Source: Camelus ferus
Lineage: Eukaryota
NCBI RefSeq assembly: GCF_009834535.1
Contig: NC_045697.1
Location: forward strand, 6,140,001-6,204,000
Reading direction: 5' to 3'
DNA: 64,000 nucleotides
A model generated the notes under the pieces. It saw only the letters and a program-made list of their open reading frames with translations. It did not search any database and was not told the DNA's origin. Made by a program: the position numbers and the translations under genes. Below, piece after piece: positions 61,701 to 64,000 of the stretch (its first letter is position 1; every line of letters starts with the position of its first letter).

Positions 61701-62445
61701 CGAGGTGTGGTCCCAAGGCTGAGGGGGTGTGGCGTCCTCTCCCCAGGCCGCTGGGCCGGAGGTGAGGGGGTGGAAGGGGAGGGAGAATAAACCACACTGC
61801 TGCGCCCAGGGAAGGAACAGTCGTCTGGTGGGGGGAAGGGGGTAGGTACTCACGTCGATGTTCCTTAGGATGACGCACTTTCCATTGGTGTAAAGAAAAT
61901 TGTTGCCCTTGGGGTCACCGCCGATGATTTTGGAGACACCCCTCTCCACCTGGGGGAGGCTGGCGAACACCTTCTCTGCAGAGACACAAATGCAGCAGGG
62001 CACATGAGGGGCAACCCCTGCCTCGGCCCTCGCCAGGCTGAGGTCGGAAGGGAGGGAATGGGGGAAAGCAGAGGGGCCCTGGACCGGTCTTAGCCGGTCA
62101 CCTGTTGCCTCCACCGGGAGGGGCGGCCGCCACTTTAAAGGAGCGCTGAGGACCGCGCGACTTCCTGGTCCGCGGTCCCCACCAGGCCGTTCAGGGATGC
62201 GGGGGCTCCGCCGGGCCCGGACTGCATCGCCAACTTTGGGGCGCCCCTCCGGCCGGGGATCTCCGCCCAGAGCTCCCGAGGGCGGCGGGGCGCTCACCGG
62301 CCGGCGCCGGCACCCCTCCCCCGCGCTCGGGGACCCCGCTGGGCCGCCCGCGCCCCGCGCCCGGCCGATGGCCGAGGGGGCAGTGCTGGGCGAGCGCCCA
62401 CCCCGGGGGCACCGGGCCGCGGCACTTACTGATCTCGTACGGCAT
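22596..62445 (-). CDS. WDR1: WD repeat-containing protein 1 (AIP1), complete 15-exon CDS, 606 aa
   Basis: The spliced translation runs [34 protein letters not shown]...[13 protein letters not shown] and matches mammalian WDR1 as I recall it. Exon lengths 16+122+91+148+181+78+81+234+88+157+88+111+174+145+107 = 1821 nt, the phases are consistent and there is no internal stop. Confidence 0.99.
23081..23160 (+). mobile_element. tRNA-Ala-derived SINE (Vic-1-like) with 14-bp target-site duplication
   Basis: agctcagtggcagagtgcatgcttagcacacacgaggtcct..; flanked by aaaatggggcgaca (23067-23080) and aaaatggggcaaca (23161-23174). Confidence 0.9.
23640..23832. mobile_element. MER3-like hAT element
   Basis: agccacctgtggccacggagcccttgaa...ttgagttaaataaaa..tattaa...gtaactgctagaaaaatgtcaa. 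Confidence 0.6.
23898..24207 (+). mobile_element. MaLR LTR (MLT1A-like) in WDR1 intron 14
   Basis: tgctgtggtctgactgttggtgtcccc..ttgaaaacctaat...ggaggtggggccttcagg...cactaaggca. Confidence 0.8.
24451..24595 (-). CDS. WDR1: WDR1 exon 14 (145 nt)
   Basis: atccag|GAGAACAAC...ATCCAAG|gtgagt; encodes [24 protein letters not shown]...RVKIQ. Confidence 0.97.
26215..26388 (-). CDS. WDR1: WDR1 exon 13 (174 nt)
   Basis: ctgcag|GATGGGAAC...TACTCG|gtgagt; encodes [22 protein letters not shown]...VADGYS. Confidence 0.97.
26690..26815. mobile_element. MER5-type fragment
   Basis: aaaatgcagggtcccaggcacccc..aattctgattc...ccaggaggttctggtgcagg..actttgagaagc. Confidence 0.55.
28441..28551 (-). CDS. WDR1: WDR1 exon 12 (111 nt)
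   Basis: tcctag|ATTGTCCTG...GGCGCG|gtaagt; encodes [37 protein letters not shown]. Confidence 0.97.
31150..31470. mobile_element. Two MIR fragments in opposite orientations
   Basis: tgcctgaggtcacacagct followed by ttcaaatcccagctctgcc...gagccttggtttcctc. Confidence 0.65.
31623..31710 (-). CDS. WDR1: WDR1 exon 11 (88 nt)
   Basis: ctgcag|CGGACAG...GGGCAG|gtactg; encodes [29 protein letters not shown]. Confidence 0.97.
32886..33042 (-). CDS. WDR1: WDR1 exon 10 (157 nt)
   Basis: ccccac|ATTACTGGGAT...GACTACAG|gtgaga; encodes [24 protein letters not shown]...LRDY. Confidence 0.96.
33043..34664 (-). other. WDR1: U12-type (minor spliceosome) AT-AC intron, WDR1 intron 9
   Basis: The 5' site is ATATCCTTT, the branch site TTCCTTAAC lies at 33055-33063, the intron ends ...CCCCAC and there is no typical U2 polypyrimidine tract plus AG. 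Splicing here gives A|AT TAC TGG = N-Y-W, as WDR1 requires. Confidence 0.97.
34665..34752 (-). CDS. WDR1: WDR1 exon 9 (88 nt), followed by a U12 donor
   Basis: ccatag|GGTCACAGC...CACATTA|atatcctt; encodes [29 protein letters not shown]. Confidence 0.96.
37190..37423 (-). CDS. WDR1: WDR1 exon 8 (234 nt)
   Basis: gagtag|ATCAGCTGG...ATCAAG|gtgagg; encodes [23 protein letters not shown]...PSKPLRVIK. Confidence 0.97.
37740..37820 (-). CDS. WDR1: WDR1 exon 7 (81 nt)
   Basis: tgaaag|ATCTACATC...TATGCC|gtaagt; encodes [27 protein letters not shown]. Confidence 0.97.
38164..38241 (-). CDS. WDR1: WDR1 exon 6 (78 nt)
   Basis: ctgcag|GACCACAGC...GGCCAG|gtgagg; encodes [26 protein letters not shown]. 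Confidence 0.97.
39047..39290 (+). mobile_element. MaLR LTR (MLT1-type) fragment
   Basis: tgtgatgggttgagttgtgtcc...gtgaccttatgggaaagagggtctctgca...ttagggtgggccctaa. Confidence 0.75.
45177..45357 (-). CDS. WDR1: WDR1 exon 5 (181 nt)
   Basis: gtgaag|GTTCGGAGCC...ATTGGC|gtaagt; encodes [21 protein letters not shown]...FKFTIG. Confidence 0.96.
46431..46578 (-). CDS. WDR1: WDR1 exon 4 (148 nt)
   Basis: ccgcag|ACATATCT...GGGAGAA|gtgagt; encodes [22 protein letters not shown]...VVGEGRE. Confidence 0.97.
50681..50737. repeat. (CA)n/(CG) alternating purine-pyrimidine microsatellite
   Basis: gtgcgcgcacatgcacacac...gcacgcacacacacacaca. Confidence 0.95.
51073..51163 (-). CDS. WDR1: WDR1 exon 3 (91 nt)
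   Basis: ctgcag|AACCCGGCC...TCTGGAG|gtacct; encodes [30 protein letters not shown]. Confidence 0.97.
52590..52990 (+). mobile_element. Old LINE-1 fragment (ORF2 end / 3' region)
   Basis: aagcacatgaaaaggcactcaatgtcatca..gcaaatcagaac...ctcatacgttgctggtgggaatgcaaaatg...ccaagagaaataaac. Confidence 0.8.
56880..57035 (-). mobile_element. MER20
   Basis: cactgtaggatgtttggcaacatccctggcctctacccactagataccagtagca. Confidence 0.8.
58955..59810 (-). mobile_element. Degenerate LINE-2
   Basis: tcaacaaatgacttactgagcaactacttggtgccaggcac is the reverse L2 3' end, followed by degenerate L2 body. Confidence 0.65.
61400..61620 (-). mobile_element. MIR
   Basis: ccattttacagatgaggaaactggggctcagaga. Confidence 0.75.
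61854..61975 (-). CDS. WDR1: WDR1 exon 2 (122 nt)
   Basis: tgcag|AGAAGGTGTTC...AACATCGAC|gtgagt; encodes [12 protein letters not shown]...VILRNID. Confidence 0.97.
62430..62445 (-). CDS. WDR1: WDR1 coding exon 1 (MPYEI + 1 nt)
   Basis: ATG CCG TAC GAG ATC A|GTAAGT; A at -3 (AGGATG). Confidence 0.97.
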
Positions 62446-62691
62446 CCTTGCCCACTTGTTACCGCGCTGCGCTCGCCGAGAGCCTCCGGGGCCGCGCGCG
62501 CCGCGAATCAGACCTGGCCGAGGCCGAGCCGGGGACAGGGGCCGAAAGGCGGCGCCGGGCGTGCCGGACGCGGAGGGGGCGGTCCGAGGCCGGGTCTCCG
62601 AGGCCGGCTCGCGCCCTGCCCTGCGCGCTGCCGCTGCGGACGCGCCGAACCCGGAAGCGCGGCCCCGCGCGCGGCTCGCCCCCAGCTTTGA

Positions 62692-62701
62692 CCATATATA
62701 G
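62692..62701 (-). promoter_or_regulatory. CArG-like / TATA-like element CTATATATGG
   Basis: One mismatch from CC(A/T)6GG; a short AT-rich patch within the GC-rich island, about 250 nt upstream of the ATG. Confidence 0.7.
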
Positions 62702-62810
62702 TCAAGCACTCAGCTCGGCGGCTGCGGCCCCGGTGAGCCTGCGCGGACCTGGTCGCGCCCCTCCCCCGCGCCCCACCCCCCCGCGGGGCCCCGCCCAGAA
62801 CGCCCCGCCT

Positions 62811-62822
62811 CCGGAAGTGACG
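62811..62822 (+). promoter_or_regulatory. Overlapping ETS-CRE composite motif CCGGAAGTGACG
   Basis: Exact match to the known ETS (GABP/ELK) plus half-CRE promoter motif. Confidence 0.7.
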
Positions 62823-63499
62823 CCACACACGGCCCTGTGAAAAAGGCGGCGCGGGGAGCTCTTCGCGTTAGAATGATCCAGGGAGCCGGTGGGTGAGGCT
62901 GGGTGGGTTCTCAGGGACTGGATGGGTGGGCTGCCGAAGGATGTTTTTTGCTGAAATTTTGGGGCCGCTGAAGGCAGCAGCGTTCTTTTTCATGCCTGTG
63001 TTTTCGTAGTGGGCGTTCCCGGGCTGCCAGCCTTGGCCAAGCTGGGCGCCTGCTGTTTGCAGAAGCTGTGAGGCGCCCGTTGGGTTTTGCAAACATAGGG
63101 GAGTGCTTTTACTTGCTCTTTTTTGAAGTGTGACTAATTGGGAATTACCCTTCCTCGAAAAAAGCTGCTGGCAGCAGGAACTTTTACGGGCCTCGGTCGA
63201 CCCCAGCTCTCTCAAAACTTCCTTTTAGAAAGCTGAGAAGCCAAGAAGAGCAAAGGGGGTGGGGGGAGTGGAGGTTCTAAGAAAACTAGGGCTCGCTTCC
63301 TAACGAGGAAAGCAGAAGGAAAAGGGAACTTCTCTTGTAAGATAAAGGCAGCTGCTCGTTGCAAGGGGAAAGCTAGGGCTCTGAGTGTTAGCTGGAACCT
63401 CACCTTTCTGCGGGGGTGCTGTCTTTCCCTCTGGGGTGGGGAGGGGGAAAGGGGGAATATAGGAATGTACAAAGCACCTGAAGCCCAAACTAGAAAACC

Positions 63500-64000
63500 G
63501 TGGAGTGACCCTTGACTTTAAATCTCTAGCCTTCTGGGAAAGTTTCTTGGCTCTATTTTCAAACGCACCTCTTGCGTCCTTAGCCTAGAAAAACTGCAGG
63601 TCCCTGAAGATGCACCTGGGTTAACACGGGTGTTTCCTGTCTGGTCTGGCTCATGCACCTACCCTCCGCCACCTTCACCTAGATCTGCTCTCCAGATTGC
63701 ACCCTGTTCTTTTTAAGTCGAAAAGCAAATCTTTTCCTCAGCTTAAAACCTACAGGAACCCCAAGTCTCAAAGTCCAAGTTAAAGTCAGTAAGATGGCCC
63801 GCTGGGCCCTGTGTGATGGGTCTCAGGGTTACGTGAGGCTCCGTCTTACCCTCCTCTGCCTTCAGCTGTGCTTGCTCGCTTGCTTTCCGCAGCACACTGG
63901 CTTCCCTGGTGCTCTAGGAATTCCCCCGGCTTGCTCTTGCTCCCAAGGCCTCTGACATCTCTTCACTGCCTCCAAGTACTCTTCAAAAGTACTTCTGGGC
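63500..64000 (+). mobile_element. Degenerate LINE-2 fragment
   Basis: cagcttaaaacct..., cagcacactggcttccct..., ccaaggcctctgacat motifs. Confidence 0.45.

Larger units (their letters stand above)
62040..62870. promoter_or_regulatory. CpG-island promoter of WDR1, spanning exon 1
   Basis: Very high GC and CpG density, several GC boxes (GGGCGG/CCGCCC) and ETS motifs (CCGGAAG at 62651 and 62811). Confidence 0.92.

Noticed and set aside
61446..62297. 283-aa minus-strand ORF
   Set aside because: It is WDR1 exon 2 in frame with stop-free flanking intron, not a separate gene.
1..64000. CRISPR arrays, prokaryotic operons, intact transposase or RT ORFs, rRNA or snoRNA genes
   Set aside because: None seen. 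The sequence is mammalian and all mobile elements are decayed or non-autonomous. An Infernal/Rfam scan of the introns would be needed to exclude small ncRNAs.

Overview
Mammalian genomic DNA, probably camelid: it has short tRNA-Ala-like (Vic-1-type) SINEs with an A-tail and I recognised no Alu, B1, Bov-tA, PRE-1 or Can-SINE. The window holds one complete, intact protein-coding gene, WDR1 (AIP1, actin-interacting protein 1), on the minus strand. I traced its 15 coding exons base by base from the ATG at 62445 to the TGA at 22596-22598; they sum to 1821 nt, or 606 aa plus stop. Thirteen introns are GT-AG. Intron 9 (33043-34664) is a textbook U12-type AT-AC minor-spliceosome intron. The gene has a CpG-island promoter with a palindromic CArG/TATA-like element and an ETS-CRE composite site, and a 3' UTR with tandem polyadenylation signals. 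Positions 1-21600 are intergenic and rich in old repeats (L1, L2, MIR, MaLR/ERV LTRs, hAT DNA transposons), several of them nested. In human, SLC2A9 lies on this side, but I saw no SLC2A9 coding exon. Nearly all supplied ORFs are GC-rich noise or partial WDR1 exons. I found no evidence for a new multi-component biological system. The best leads are splicing and regulatory: the U12 intron with an immediate stop on retention, candidate cryptic or poison exons, and candidate MEF2 enhancers. Repeat family names and boundaries come from recalled consensus sequences and are approximate.
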